A DNA stretch of 64,000 nucleotides. Origin: Macrostomum lignano (Eukaryota). The notes under the pieces are model-generated. The model had not been told where the DNA came from. It searched no databases and worked only from the letters and a program-made list of their open reading frames with translations. This document shows, one piece after another, positions 1 to 13,600 of this stretch. Position 1 is the first letter of the stretch; every line of letters starts with the position of its first letter. The stretch is taken from contig NIVC01002344.1 of the NCBI GenBank assembly GCA_002269645.1, positions 62,001 through 126,000 of the forward strand, in the 5' to 3' direction. The position numbers and the translations under genes are program-made.

Positions 1-605
<605 letters not shown>

Positions 606-651
606 TATGCATAGATAAACATGCTCAGATGAGCACACATTCATACCACAG

Positions 652-3444
652 AGGTGCTCTGTACAAGTACGGCCCTCCGTGCTCAGCCTGCCCATCTACG
701 CGGCCGTTCTGCATTGACGGTCTCTGCGCTAACACGGCTGACCCTCAGGTCAAAGCGGCAGTGATAGAGTTTGACTCTACCGCTTCATCAAGTGAGTGCA
801 TTGACATCGCTGTAAACACCTGCATTCTTCACAGCCATTGCATTTCAAACAAAAAATAAGTTACAAGCAATAAAAATTCATGACGCGAAACCGCAGCTTG
901 CCGGCTGGCGTGCAAGAACTGCGGCAAGCAAGACACCAGCGCGTCTCAGTGCAAATGCAAGTGTGACGTCACTGTTGCGCTCGGCCCGTTATGCGAATGT
1001 AAGTTCGAGCTGTCCTTTGTTAAGACTGAAATTTTCTTATAAAATATATGAGAAAAATGCACACCAACTGTCGCAATGCATGATTCGATGTTTTCCATGG
1101 TAGCAAAAACAAGCAGCAGCACAAAAAAGTGCTCAGCGTGCTACGAGGATCCGGCATGCCTTAACAATGGCGTTGAAGACACCAGCGATCTGTCTGTGTG
1201 CAAGTGCAATTGCAAGAGCGGGTTCACTGGAAGCCGCTGCGAGATCCCTGTTGCTGTGCACGACAATAGCGTGAAAATAGTTCTAGCAGCTGCCAAAAAG
1301 TTTAAGTTCATCTCAAACCTAGTGTTTCTTCCCGTGGCTCGATCTTTGGTGAGTCAAATTAGTCATTCGTGTTGAAGTTTGCTTCTTTTAATTAAGTATA
1401 TTTTATCAGTTTTAACAAAAAATACACAAGATGAAAAATTGAGCAGTTTGGGGGGCACTTAAAGGTATTAGCGTATTTGCGAGAATGAACTAACAACCAT
1501 AGATATATCGGGATATTTATTGAACTTTCTAGAAAGGGATACGCACAGCTATTTGCATTAACAATATTAATCAATATTATGTATCTGACAGACATAATAG
1601 TACTTTTAGTACGAGCCATATACTATAAACAACAATTCGTTCATTTAAGTAATGTGCGTTTTCCTTTGTTGTTGACCTGGAGTGATGAATTCACTGTTAG
1701 GAATGACGATGAGTGTGAATATTGCTTTTAGGTAGTGATGATGTAAAGGAGTGATGCTGTTAAAGTGATGCTATGTGAACTCGATGCTCGACAACTTTTA
1801 TTGTGCTTAAGCATGAAATAAACGAGCAATTTCTCAAACTGAAACATCCTCGCTTTGTTGATCTCGTAAGAAAAACTTATTTATTGGTTTACAGTTACAC
1901 GTTTTCAATCAATTCGATCGAATACGAGTTTTAGGCCATTTATTCCGGGCATGAATCTCTTCTTTAGTGACCTTTCAGTGCGCAGAGGCTGTATCTTATT
2001 GTTAATTTTTTATTCCGCCGAATACATTCCTAATAGTGAAAGCATATTTAATTGTCTACCAAAATTTCAGATGGGATAAATTGTGTTTTACAAACCTAGC
2101 AAACAATTGAAATTCGGCTCAAGTTTTTATAGTGTGAGCCTTGAGTATCGTGATACGTATCGGAATGCAATTGTTTGAGCTCCATTAGGTTTTAAAATTT
2201 CGAAACTGCAGTAGGTAAATTTCAGGGCGAGTGGTTTAGAGCAGGAGATCATTATCGAGATCACGAGTAGAAAAATAGTAGTTAACTTAGTCTGCTCAAG
2301 CCATGTATCTCAATTTTTCTGGGTTCGTTCACAATATTTTGAGAGCCATTGAGCAAATGTCTGCTGGGCTGTCATTCGTGCTTAATTTTCAAATTTAACT
2401 TCAACTTGATAGATTGATTGATTGTGCGTGTTGAAATTTCTCTACAGAATCTCCTTTATTGTACACTTTATTCTTTTATCAGATGAAGTATTGGTCGTGT
2501 GTGCAGCTTTGTTTCCCGAAGCGTTGATATTCGTTAGTCAAAACATTTAAAGTAGATTGAGCGCTCTGGAATACGAAATCGATCAATTCAATACCAGTGA
2601 CACGGCCGTTTAAGACCCGTTATGTCTTTCGTTGGCTCTGGCCACGTGTAAACCTTTGCATCCTCTTCACCCTCCTCAGTTCAACCTTAAGCTCTGGCCT
2701 CTGCTAAAAGACGAGTTCGCCGCTGCCATCAACGCCTTCTGTCGGAAGGACGCCACCAGCTACGCCGCATGCTGTCCCGGAAAGACTTTTCCATCCAGCT
2801 CCTTGGCTTCGGTCAGTCACGTGACGAAGACGGACATAAAATTCGTAGACAGCACAGTGGCGAATAGTTTCGATAACTCGCTCAGCCTCCTAGTTTACTC
2901 GCTTGTGAGCAGCAGCGACTTGTGCAAGGCCGGCACCTGTGGCTCATCGTCCTGCACTGGTGAGTGCACAGGTTTTCGCCGTGAAGCATCCAGTCACGCG
3001 TGACATGACGCTGTGATTCAATTACTTCTACAGTTGTAACAATGCGCTGAAAACATATGTTGCTGCACTAAAGAATTGCTTTATGACAAGATTTCAATTT
3101 ACCAATTTCCAGATCCGACCGAGGTTGCACAGACCGCTTTATCATCCGCGCTGAAAAGTAGCAAAGAAGAAATTTCTAAGAAGACAAAAGCTTGTTGCGG
3201 GGACGCCATTCTCAGAGACATTATTGTAGGCACAGGTAGTTCCAGTGGCACAGGCGGTTCCAGTGGTACAGGTGGTTCCACTGGTACCAGTAGTTCCAAT
3301 GTTCCTGGTGACACAGGTGGCTCTAAAAACGACGATCAACAAGCGATACCAAAGCTCTGTGCTAAAGACGTCGCACTTGGCAGTATTGCTAAATGTCTTT
3401 CTGTTCTCCATGCGTGCCTCCTTATCCACTCATATCTTGTTTGA
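652..3444 (+). CDS. CAP/SCP-EGF-EGF protein, copy 1, 3' exons only (652-791, 897-998, 1104-1348, 2680-2959, 3113-3444); exons 1-2 lie upstream of the window
   Basis: GT-AG junctions with compatible phases (2,1,1,0,1). Reads GALYKYGPPCSACP..CIDGLC (CAP C-terminal hinge), CRLACKNCG..CKCKC..GPLCE and CLNNG..CKCNCKSGFTGSRCE (EGF-like), then a GSSGT linker and a hydrophobic C-terminus. Confidence 0.85.
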
Positions 3445-4114
3445 TCGGCTTGATAAATGACTTTTTTCTGCATAAAAAATTATTTAGCTTAAAAAAAACA
3501 AATATACTCGTCGAAATTTCAAGTTGACTTATTTCCATATTTTCAACTGCTGCCTTGAAGCTGATATGCAGCACGAGTTCCTGATGGGCCGAACTCAGTC
3601 TGATTTTAAGTCATCCGTGAACTTTCTTACAATATTGTATTTTAAGCTTAACCTTAAAATATGCTTTTAAGTGACCTTTGTACATCAGTTGTGTGATTTA
3701 ATAACGAAACTTGATTGCGATGCAAACTAAACGATCATATAACCACAGTCGTTGGAAACTTGGAAACTCCGAGATCTTCGACAGCTAGCGGTGGAACGCT
3801 AGGCAGGACTAATCACATTCGCGAGCAATTAATGCTAGAGAAAAACAGAATTGTTAATTTTTTCAATTTTTTTTAAACCACTGCACTTTTGCATGATCTG
3901 TGCTTTTGTATAGCAGCAAAGTTGGCAATTTCTAAAATTTTTACTCAAATTTACGAGTGCAACCACAGACAGACAAATCTACAATTCTGCGTTTTAACAA
4001 AAGGCGCAGTTAACGTAAGAAGACAAGTCAATTACTAATTCTGTCACCTAGTTTACGGCTGGGTGAAAAATATTATAATGCATTAAAACTGCATTTTAAA
4101 TGCATTGGATTGCT

Positions 4115-4234
4115 TGAAGCAATGCAGAGTTGAGTGTCTTGCTCAAGGACACAAATTGTTTCGAGTGGTTTGAGAACCGAACCCCTGGCTTTTCAGTCGT
4201 GAGTTCGACGCTCTAACCACTGAACTACAACTCC
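4115..4234 (-). mobile_element. tRNA-derived SINE with CORE-like domain, 5' part only
   Basis: Minus strand reads GGAGTTGTAGTTCAGTGGTTAGAGCG (A box)...GGGGTTCGGTTCTC (B box)...TTGTGTCCTTGAGCAAGACACTCAACTC. Matches the copies at 18418, 52864 and 57322. Confidence 0.8.
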
Positions 4235-4654
4235 AAAAACTCCACGAGGAATTGAAGAAGAGTGGATGAGGCTTGTATGGATTTGTGCCGTGTGAGCTTC
4301 CTTCATAGATGCTTTAATATATGTTCTTAAACCACTATAAAGTCACTTTTCAGAAGGTTATTGCCACAGATTTTTAGTTTGTAGGATTTAATAAACCGCA
4401 TTCCCGGATATAACATTATAATTATCCCGAATCCTGTAGAAGATAGAATAGAGTTGCAGGGTGTATTTATATCATGAGGCCCGAAGGGTTTAAGAAAAAT
4501 ACACCCCTTAACTCTCTTAAGCTACATCTCTCATAATTTTTTTGCGTTGTGATGATAAAAATACGCTCGTACAACCATGCAGCAAATTTATTCTACTGAC
4601 TGAAAAAGCCATAGACTGTAACGTATTTAAACTACTTTAATTTCGCGGGATGTA

Positions 4655-5288
4655 CACTCAGCAACATTTAAAACGCAACACTCTAACTAGAAGAAAAATC
4701 AACTCACTCAGAAGAGTCAAAGCGCATAGTCTATGGTTCAAATCGAGCTTCAGAAACGCGTGTAGCTTCCTCTCGCAAGTAACAGGGCGATGACTATGGA
4801 CTGTTTTCAGATAGAGTGATCCAGCTGAGAGAATGGTTCAACAGATGACAGACGCGGAAAGATGGCGAGCAGTCGGAATGTTGGAAGCAGGTTGTACTCT
4901 TCGAACAACAGCTGTTGTACTGCGAAGTTGGTGAAGCACCGTACCTTTTCTCGCGTGAGCCACGCTTCCAGTGGCTCTGCTCTTCTGTAGCAGACGTAAA
5001 ACTGTTGAAGGCGACCTCCCGAAGTGGTTCGCAACTGTTCGAAGAGTACAACCTGCTTCCAACATTCCGACTGCTCGCCATCTTTCCGCGTCTGTCATCT
5101 GTTGAACCATTCTCTCAGCTGGATCACTCTATCTGAAAACAGTCCATAGTCATCGCCCTGTTACTTGCGAGAGGAAGCTACACGCGTTTCTAAAGCTCGA
5201 TTTGAACCATAGACTATGCGCTTTGACTCTTCTGAGTGAGTTGATTTTTCTTCTAGTTAGAGTGTTGCGTTTTAAATGTTGCTGAGTG
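4655..5288. mobile_element. Non-autonomous Tc1/mariner-derived foldback element (253-bp arms, 128-bp spacer)
   Basis: TA|CACTCAGCAAC...GTTGCTGAGTG|TA. Arms 4655-4907 and 5036-5288 are reverse complements with one mismatch seen. The minus strand from 5110 encodes a Tc1-type HTH start (AERWRAVGMLEAGCTLRTVANHFGRSPSTVLRLLQKSRATGSV). Confidence 0.9.
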
Positions 5289-5544
5289 TATATACTCGTA
5301 TCTACGAGCTCGTAGATACGCTCGTATGTCTATGGTAGAGGTAAGTGTAGGGTGTAATATAAATGAGAAAACGTGCGCAAAGAAAGAAAGAAAGGATTGA
5401 GTTTCCATTAAGAATTAGGAAAACATGGAAGACCGAGTGTTAATAAATCCATTAGTGAACTTTTGCGGAAGATTTTCAAATCGGATCACCGACCAGGACT
5501 TGGAAGATATTCTAAGTGACGGTCTAGATTTACATGATCCGTAC

Positions 5545-5788
5545 TCTGTCCAAAAAAAGTGAGAGCTGCCGAGCTGCTGTGACGTGGATGAACAACTCAT
5601 CATGGAGAGAACAGGACATCGAATTTTATCTGCACACGCGATCCTATAAAAAAACTTCGGATGTCCAAATCGAAACATGGAGTGCAATTTTGGATGGAAA
5701 AAGTTTGGAGAATGTCATTCAAAATATGGACCCAGCCCAGTCGATAAATTTCACTTTCAAGGACTGCACTGTAGCCGTCAACAATTAA
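5545..5788 (+). pseudogene. Probable decayed Crypton-type tyrosine recombinase C-terminus
   Basis: SCRAAVTWM..EQDI..LHTRSYKKTSDVQIETWSAIL..INFTFKDCTVAVNN resembles, from memory, the HSLRA..GH..YKRTS.EQ..S.IL..F.NC C-terminus of Crypton/DUF3504 recombinases. No database search was run. Confidence 0.45.
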
Positions 5789-6466
5789 TTTGGGTATGCA
5801 TGATAACGATTTCTCTAGGAACGAAATCTATATAACTGATGTGCACGCTATAATGTACAAAACTAATTTAGAGATTTTCTATATCTACTTGTTTGCTTGT
5901 TTTCTATGGCTAAAGTTGTTCGTTTTACTTGTTTAAACTGCAGCAATCCCCTAAAATATCGGAATATTTGTTCTCATAAGTCTCGCAAAATAAATATCCA
6001 TGGCAAGAACGCCCGGCAAATTAGATTTAACGTGGTTTAAAATATTTTAGACGTGCTAGATATAGCTGCTAACCAAAAGTTCAGAGAGCAACCAACTTCA
6101 AAACCGCAACAAATGCAGATTCGGCTACGAGTATTCGCTAAGCTTCTGGCTGTCTTCCTCGTGCAGTCTTGGCCGCTCTCCGAAGCCACGTTCAGCGACG
6201 AGGAGAAGAATAAAATCTTGGACACCCACAACCAGCTGCGACAATCCGCCTCCCCATCTGCTGCTGCTATGAGCTTTGTTGTAAGCAGTACTTGTACCCT
6301 TTTCCATTGAATTGTTTTCTTATTGATGCACTTTATATGATGACCACGGGGCTTCGGGAATGTGGTCCATTCGGCCTAAAATTGAATTTCTGAAATTATA
6401 AAAATGAAAATTATTAAGCTACAGGTCGTCCTCGCCTGGATTTGCAATTGTGCCAACAATCTAGAT

Positions 6467-6572
6467 CAGAGGTCGACGAACTCCGGCCTGCGCGCTACAT
6501 GCAAACCGCCAAGCCTCTCTATCCGGCCCTCGGGTCATCTTGAAATTTCACAATAGCAATCCGGCCCGCTCA
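6467..6572 (+). mobile_element. Possible hAT (Charlie-like) MITE end remnant in CAP intron 1
   Basis: TCTAGAT|CAGAGGTCGACGAACTCCGGCC...AATCCGGCCCGC resembles Charlie-type termini. The second TIR was not found. Confidence 0.3.
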
Positions 6573-7285
6573 AGATTTTTGTCTCATCTCAGCTCGATCT
6601 TCTCAACTCCTTACTTATCTTTTCTCTTCTCTTATCCTATCTCCCATCTCATTTCTCGTCTAATCTAGCCCGCAGCCATGAGCTGGATTCTTTATCCAAT
6701 CCTTGAGGTAAAACGTTTGAAGTTCATGTTTAAATAAAAATTAAGTCGAGAAATCGCTTTAAAAGGTTTTTTCACGTGCAGCGATTGCACTAAAGTGCTC
6801 CTAAAGTGTTTGGAGATTTTTTTTACGTCAGTCATTCGTCTTTAGGACTCGTCTTTAGACAAAATTCCTGAAATTCGAACCTATTTTTTTAGACCTGGAA
6901 AAATAAACTCGAGAACTTGGCTTTAAAGGCAGCCGAAGAGTGCAAATTCGAACACAAGTATCATGGCGAATATGCAAGTTTAGGAGAAAACATTTACAGT
7001 GGCTGGCGGACTGATCCTGTACAGATCATTTTTGCTTGGTTCTCGGAGAAAAGTCAGTACAATCATGACACTCGCAAATGCACTGGCCGGATGTGCGGCC
7101 ACTACACGGCTATCATGTTCGACATCGTTACTCATCTTGGCTGCGCCATCAAGAAAGAGTGCTCAAAAGGAGCGCATATGGTTTTCTGTGAGTATTCTCA
7201 CGGCTCAGGGTAAGCATTCATCAGTTCAGTGTTTCCTATAGTTTCATGAATTATTAAAAAATCAAAAGTAAAATTCGTCAACATC

Positions 7286-8058
<773 letters not shown>

Positions 8059-9861
8059 TATGCATAGATAAACACGCTCAGATAAGCACACATTTATGCA
8101 CACCGTAGAGGTGCTCTGTACAAGTACGGCCCTCCGTGCTCAGCCTGCCCATCTACGCGGCCGTTCTGCATTGACGGTCTCTGCGCTAACACGGCTGACC
8201 CTCAGGTCAAAGCGGCAGTGAAAGAGTTTGACTCTACCGCTTCATCAAGTGAGTGCATTGACATCGCTGTAAACACCTGCATTCTTCACAGCCATTGCAT
8301 TTCAAACAAAAAATAAGCCACAAGCAATAAAAATTCATGACGCGAAACCGCAGCTTGCCGGCTGGCGTGCAAGAACTGCGGCAAGCAAGACACCAGCGCG
8401 TCTTAGTGCAAATGCAAGTGTGACGTCACTGTTGCGCTCGGCCCGTTATGCGAATGTAAGTTCGAGCTGTCCTTTGTTAAGACTGAAATTTTCTTATAAA
8501 ATATATGAGAAAAATGCACACCAACTGTCGCAATGCATGATTCGATGTTTTCCATGGTAGCAAAAACAAGCAGCAGCACAAAAAAGTGCTCAGCGTGCTA
8601 CGAGGATCCGGCATGCCTTAACAATGGCGTTGAAGACACCAGCGATCTGTCTGTGTGCAAGTGCAATTGCAAGAGCGGGTTCACTGGAAGCCGCTGCGAG
8701 ATCCCTGTTGCTGTGCACGACAATAGCGTGAAAATAGTTCTAGCAGCTGCCAATCAGTTTAAGTTCATCTCATTCGTAGTGTTTTTACCCGTGACTCGAT
8801 CTTTGGTGAGTCAAATTAGTCATTCGGTCATTTAAATATTCTTTCTTATGCTTTGTATTTGGACTGATGCATTTACTGTTGCGAATGACGATGAGTGTGA
8901 ATATTGCTTGGACGTAGTGATGTGAAGTAAAGAAGTGATGCTCTGAAAGATAGATACCACTCACTGTTAGTAGGCCGTGACTATAGAGTTTCTCCGTGAT
9001 GGATTCCTCCTTGGATTATTGGATTAACTTGATATGTAAACTTCACATTAAACTTCACTCTTCTGGAAAAAATCTTATAAAAAGTTTTTCACTGCTTGAG
9101 CAGGAAATAAAAAAGCCATTTCTGCAAATTCAACAATGCTTGTTCGTCACAAAGTGTATCAATCCGTTATTAATTGGCCTAAAATTAGTGATGGTCGATT
9201 ACAATCGGCTGAGCTCTGTTAGTTTTTAATACCTCGTATTTCGACAGAGTATTTGAGTAAATTCCAGGGCAAATATTTGACTTTCCATCCTCCTCACCCT
9301 CCTCAGTTCAACCTTAAGCTCTGGCCTCTGCTAGAAGACGAGTTCGCCGCTGCCATCAACGCCTTCTGTCGGAAGGACGCCACCAGCTACGCCGCATGCT
9401 GTCCCGGAAAGACTTTTCCATCCAGCTCTTTGGCTTCGGTCAGTCACGTGACGAAGACTGACATAAAATTCGTAGACAGCACAGTGGCGAATAGTTTCGA
9501 TAATTCTCTCAGCCTCCTGGTTTACTCGCTTGTGAGCAGCAGCGACTTGTGCAAGGCCGGCACCTGTGGCTCATCGTCCTGCACTGGTGAGTGCACAGGT
9601 TTTCGCCGTGAAGCATCCAGTCACGCGTGACATGACGCTGTGATTCAATTACTTCTACAGTTGTAACAATGCGCTGAAAACATATGTTGCTGCACTAAAG
9701 AATTGCTTCATGACAAGATTTCAATTTACCAATTTCCAGATCCGACCGAGGTTGCACAGACCGCTTTATCATCCGCGCTGAAAAGTAGCAAAGAAGAAAT
9801 TTCTAAGAAGACAAAAGCTTGTTGCGGGGACGCCATTCTCAGAGACATTATTGTAACCATC

Positions 9862-9995
9862 AGTGGTTCCAGTGGTACAGGTGGTTCCAGTGGTACAGGC
9901 GGTTCTAGTGGCACAGGTGGTTCCAGTGGTACAGGTGGTTCCAGTGGTACAGGTGGTTCCAGTGGCACAGGTGGTTCCAGTGGCACAGGTGGCAC
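9862..9995 (+). repeat. 18-bp coding tandem repeat (GSSGTG)n in the last CAP-EGF exon
   Basis: GGTTCCAGTGGTACAGGT units, about 7 copies here versus about 3 at 3228-3295. Confidence 0.9.
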
Positions 9996-10499
9996 CAGTA
10001 GTTCCAATGTTTCTTGGGTACCGAAGCTCGCTGCTAAAGACATCGCACTTGGAAATATTGTTAAATGTCTTTCCGTTTTCCATGCGTGCCTCTTTATCCG
10101 CTCATATCTTGTTTGATCGGCTTGATAAACATAACTTGTTTCCGCAGAAACAACGAATTTTGGATTCGATTTGTGCTCAGAACTGCTTGCTGTTGAATAA
10201 AAATATTTTAGTTTGTAAAATATACTCATCCAAATGTCGAATTGTCTTATTTCCATATTTTTGCAACTTTAAGACCAGCTGCTTCGATCCAATAGACTTT
10301 TACAACTGCATCTCTGAAGCTGATATGCAGCACGAGTTCCTGATAGGGAACTCATTCTGATTTTAAGTCATTTGTAAACTTTTTTTACAATATTTTTGTT
10401 GTATACCGATCCGAATCCAATGTACTTTTATTTTCAGTCGTTGCCCCAGCGTTAATTTATTTGTCTGTGTCCCAAACAGCTACCGACTGACTCTGACTC

Positions 10500-10535
10500 T
10501 ATAAAGGCTTGCCGTTACTTATATCGTTAAATAAA
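10500..10535 (+). promoter_or_regulatory. LTR TATA box (10500-10505) and polyadenylation signal AATAAA (10530-10535)
   Basis: TATAAA followed 30 bp later by AATAAA, present in both LTRs. Confidence 0.65.
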
Positions 10536-10612
10536 ATATACATTCAACTTAAGCTACGCTCTCGTTATAACAGCTTTCGGCTCAGCACAGAATCAAAGCA
10601 CAAAACACAACA

Positions 10613-13600
10613 ATGGCGTCGCAGTCACTTGGCGAACTGCCGCTGGAGAAGCCCGATCGAGCTCAAACCTGGATGACTGCCTTCCAAGCGCTGGCCCGAG
10701 CAAAGGACTGGACTGATAGTGATGGAAAGAAGACCATCGCAGACAACTTTTTGGCGCACTGCGGGCTCACAGCCTCGGAGAAGATACAAAGCATAATCGC
10801 CCCCAAATCCGTGACCGACCTGACTTTTGATGAAATCAACACTGCCGTGCAGGCGTACCTAAAGCCAAAGGAAAAGCTGGTCATCGCTGAACGCGTTCGT
10901 TTCTTCGCCATGCGACAAGCACCAAATGAATCAATTTCTGACTTCGTTAGCCGACTTCGTCGTGCCGCTAAGGACTGTAAGTTTGATGATTTGAAGACAT
11001 CCACCAGTCCTCTCGAGGAATTGCTCCAAATGGCGCTAATTTCTGGGCTCAGCAATGTAAACCAACAACAACGCGTTCTGGAAGCCACTCAAATCAAATC
11101 ATTCAAGTCGGTTCTCGAAATTGTCGACTTTATTCGCGACCTAGAGCAGGTGACAGCTTTTGTGTCCATAAAATCAAGCGACTTTCAAGCGACTTTGACT
11201 CAGCCAGCTCCTTCAATCCAAACACACGAAGCCTCTGTGCATTACTCGCAGCGACAAAATGGACATCGGAGTGTCAAGGACTGTCGTTACTGCGGCAAAG
11301 CACATTCGGAAGGAAAATGCCCGGCTTTTGGCAAGCTCTGTTCAAAATGTGGTAAGAAAAATCACTTCGCCAGTGTATGTCGCTCATCATCTGCACGGCC
11401 TGTGCACCAAGTCACTGACCCATCAGCTCATGAAATAGACAATGAGCCACATAAAAAGACTTCTCTGATGCATCTCAGCGACGTGGGCACCGTCCACGCT
11501 GTCAACGTGGCCACCGAGCCACTTATTATCGATGGCAAGACCGTCGACATGCAGATCGATACAGGCGCCTCCGTCTCCGTGCTCTCCAGTTCGCAATGGG
11601 AACGACTGGGTCGACCCTCGCTGCAGAAGTGTTTTCGGCGGCTAGAAGCCTTTGATGGTCACGTGATGAAATCACTCGGAAAGCTGGCAACCACGGTTGA
11701 ACTACGAGGTCATCTGCACCCTGCAGAGCTCATTGTGGTCAACTCGAGCAAACCATATGGCTTACTTGGTCGCGATCTGTTGGACGCGGAGGACCTCTTT
11801 AACACCACAAGTGTGCCCCAGAACAACACCCGCGTAGTTGAGCCACTGCCTACCATAAAAGGCGTGAAAGCTCGCATGGAGGTTGTTGACGGTGCCAGAC
11901 CCAGATTCTGCCGTGCTCGATCCGTGCCTATTGCAATTGAGGGGCAGATTAACGCCGAACTCGACCGCTTGCAACAGCTAGGAATAATTGAACCCATCGA
12001 GGGACCCGTGAGCAAGGCGTCGCCCGTGGTGTGGGTGAAAAAGAAAGATGGCACCTTGCGCACGTGTGCCGATTACAGCGCACTGCACGTGAATGAGAAA
12101 ATCAAGTCCGACTCGCATCCGATCCCCAATGTAGAAATCCTTTTCTCACGCTTGAAAAACGCAAAAGTCTTCGCCACCGTCGACCTCCGCTCGGCCTACT
12201 GGCAAATTGAACTGGATGAAGCGGCCAGAGATATCTCTATCATCAACACGTCGCGTGGACTGTACCGAGTAAACAGACTGCAAATGGGGATGAAAAACGC
12301 CTCGTTCATCTTCCAGAGAACTATGGAATCGATTTTGTCAGACATCAAAGGACTGCTGATTTATCAAGACGACATCCTGGTGCACGCACCAGATGCGGCT
12401 ACTCTAGAAAAGCGCCTTGCCGCGGTGCGCACCCGACTACAAGAAAAGCGCGTCACCATCAACGAGTCCAAGTGCATCAACTACACCGATTCCATCTCTT
12501 TTCTTGGATTCAAGATCTCTGCCGCCGGAATCCAGCCAGACGATCGGCTTGTTGAAAAAGTCAGACAAGTTTCTGCACCGACTAACAAATCTGAGCTCGC
12601 GAGCTTTCTGGGACTAGTCAACTTCTTTGGGAGACTGATTCCGAACTTCGCTCGAAAGACCGCTCCTCTTAACCATCTGCGAAAATCCAACGTCAACTTT
12701 GACTGGACCGACGAGTGCTCTCGAGCTTTTAATAACCTCAAAGCCGAAATCGCCTCTGCGCCAATAGTGCAGCCCTATAGCCTATCAAAGGAGCTGACTC
12801 TAACAACGGATGCCTCAAAGAGCTCAATAGCTGCTGTAGTGACTCAGGAAGGGCATCCCGTAATATTTGTATCAAGGACGCTGTCATCCGCCGAATAAAA
12901 TTATTCAAATATTGAGCGCGAGGCCCTCGCCATCTTCTGGGCCGTCGCTCGACTGAAGCACTTCCTTCATGGCCGTCACTTCACAATCAAGACAGATCAT
13001 CAGCCACTGACTCGCCTTTTCCGCGGTGCATCCCTCTGAACACATCGGCGAGAATCGGGCGCTAAGCTACGCATCTCATGCAATTTGACTTCAACATCGA
13101 GTACGTGCGAGGCCGCGACATCCCACACGCTGACGCTTTATCTCGGCTCCGCTTTGATCACCCTTCAGCAGACGACAAGGAAACGTTTGATGCTATCAAC
13201 GTCGTGGTATTTGAATCGCCGGTGATCGAGGCCGGAAGAATTTTGGCAGAAATGGACGCAGACCCGTTCACCCAGAAGATTTTAATAAGAGTACGCAATG
13301 GAAATTGGCAAGGTTGCTCGCAGGCAGAGTCAAGCTTCAAAGCCGTTTCCGAAAAGCTAACGCTGGAAAACGGACTTCTTTACATGCAGAGGAGGGTTTA
13401 CATCCCCCCACGGTTGCGCCGGGCTGCCTTTGACGCGATCCATGACACCCACTCTGGAATTCAGGCCTCATACAACCTGCTTTCAGCGTCTTGCTGGTGG
13501 CCTGGGATGCAACAGGATGTGTCACGATTTGTCCAACGCTGCCCGGTCTGCAGCCGCCTACGACCGCGTGTCGGCCACGACAGGGATCGATGGCCCGCCC

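Noticed and set aside
8404-13065. TAA/TAG reassignment to Gln (host genes here mostly end in TGA, and TAG aligns with CAG)
   Set aside because: No in-frame TAR occurs in RPS2, helicase exons 2-6, the GPCR or 3.6 kb of gag-pol despite many Gln codons, and the TAA at 13063 replaces an expected Trp. Ordinary nonsense mutations explain the cases.
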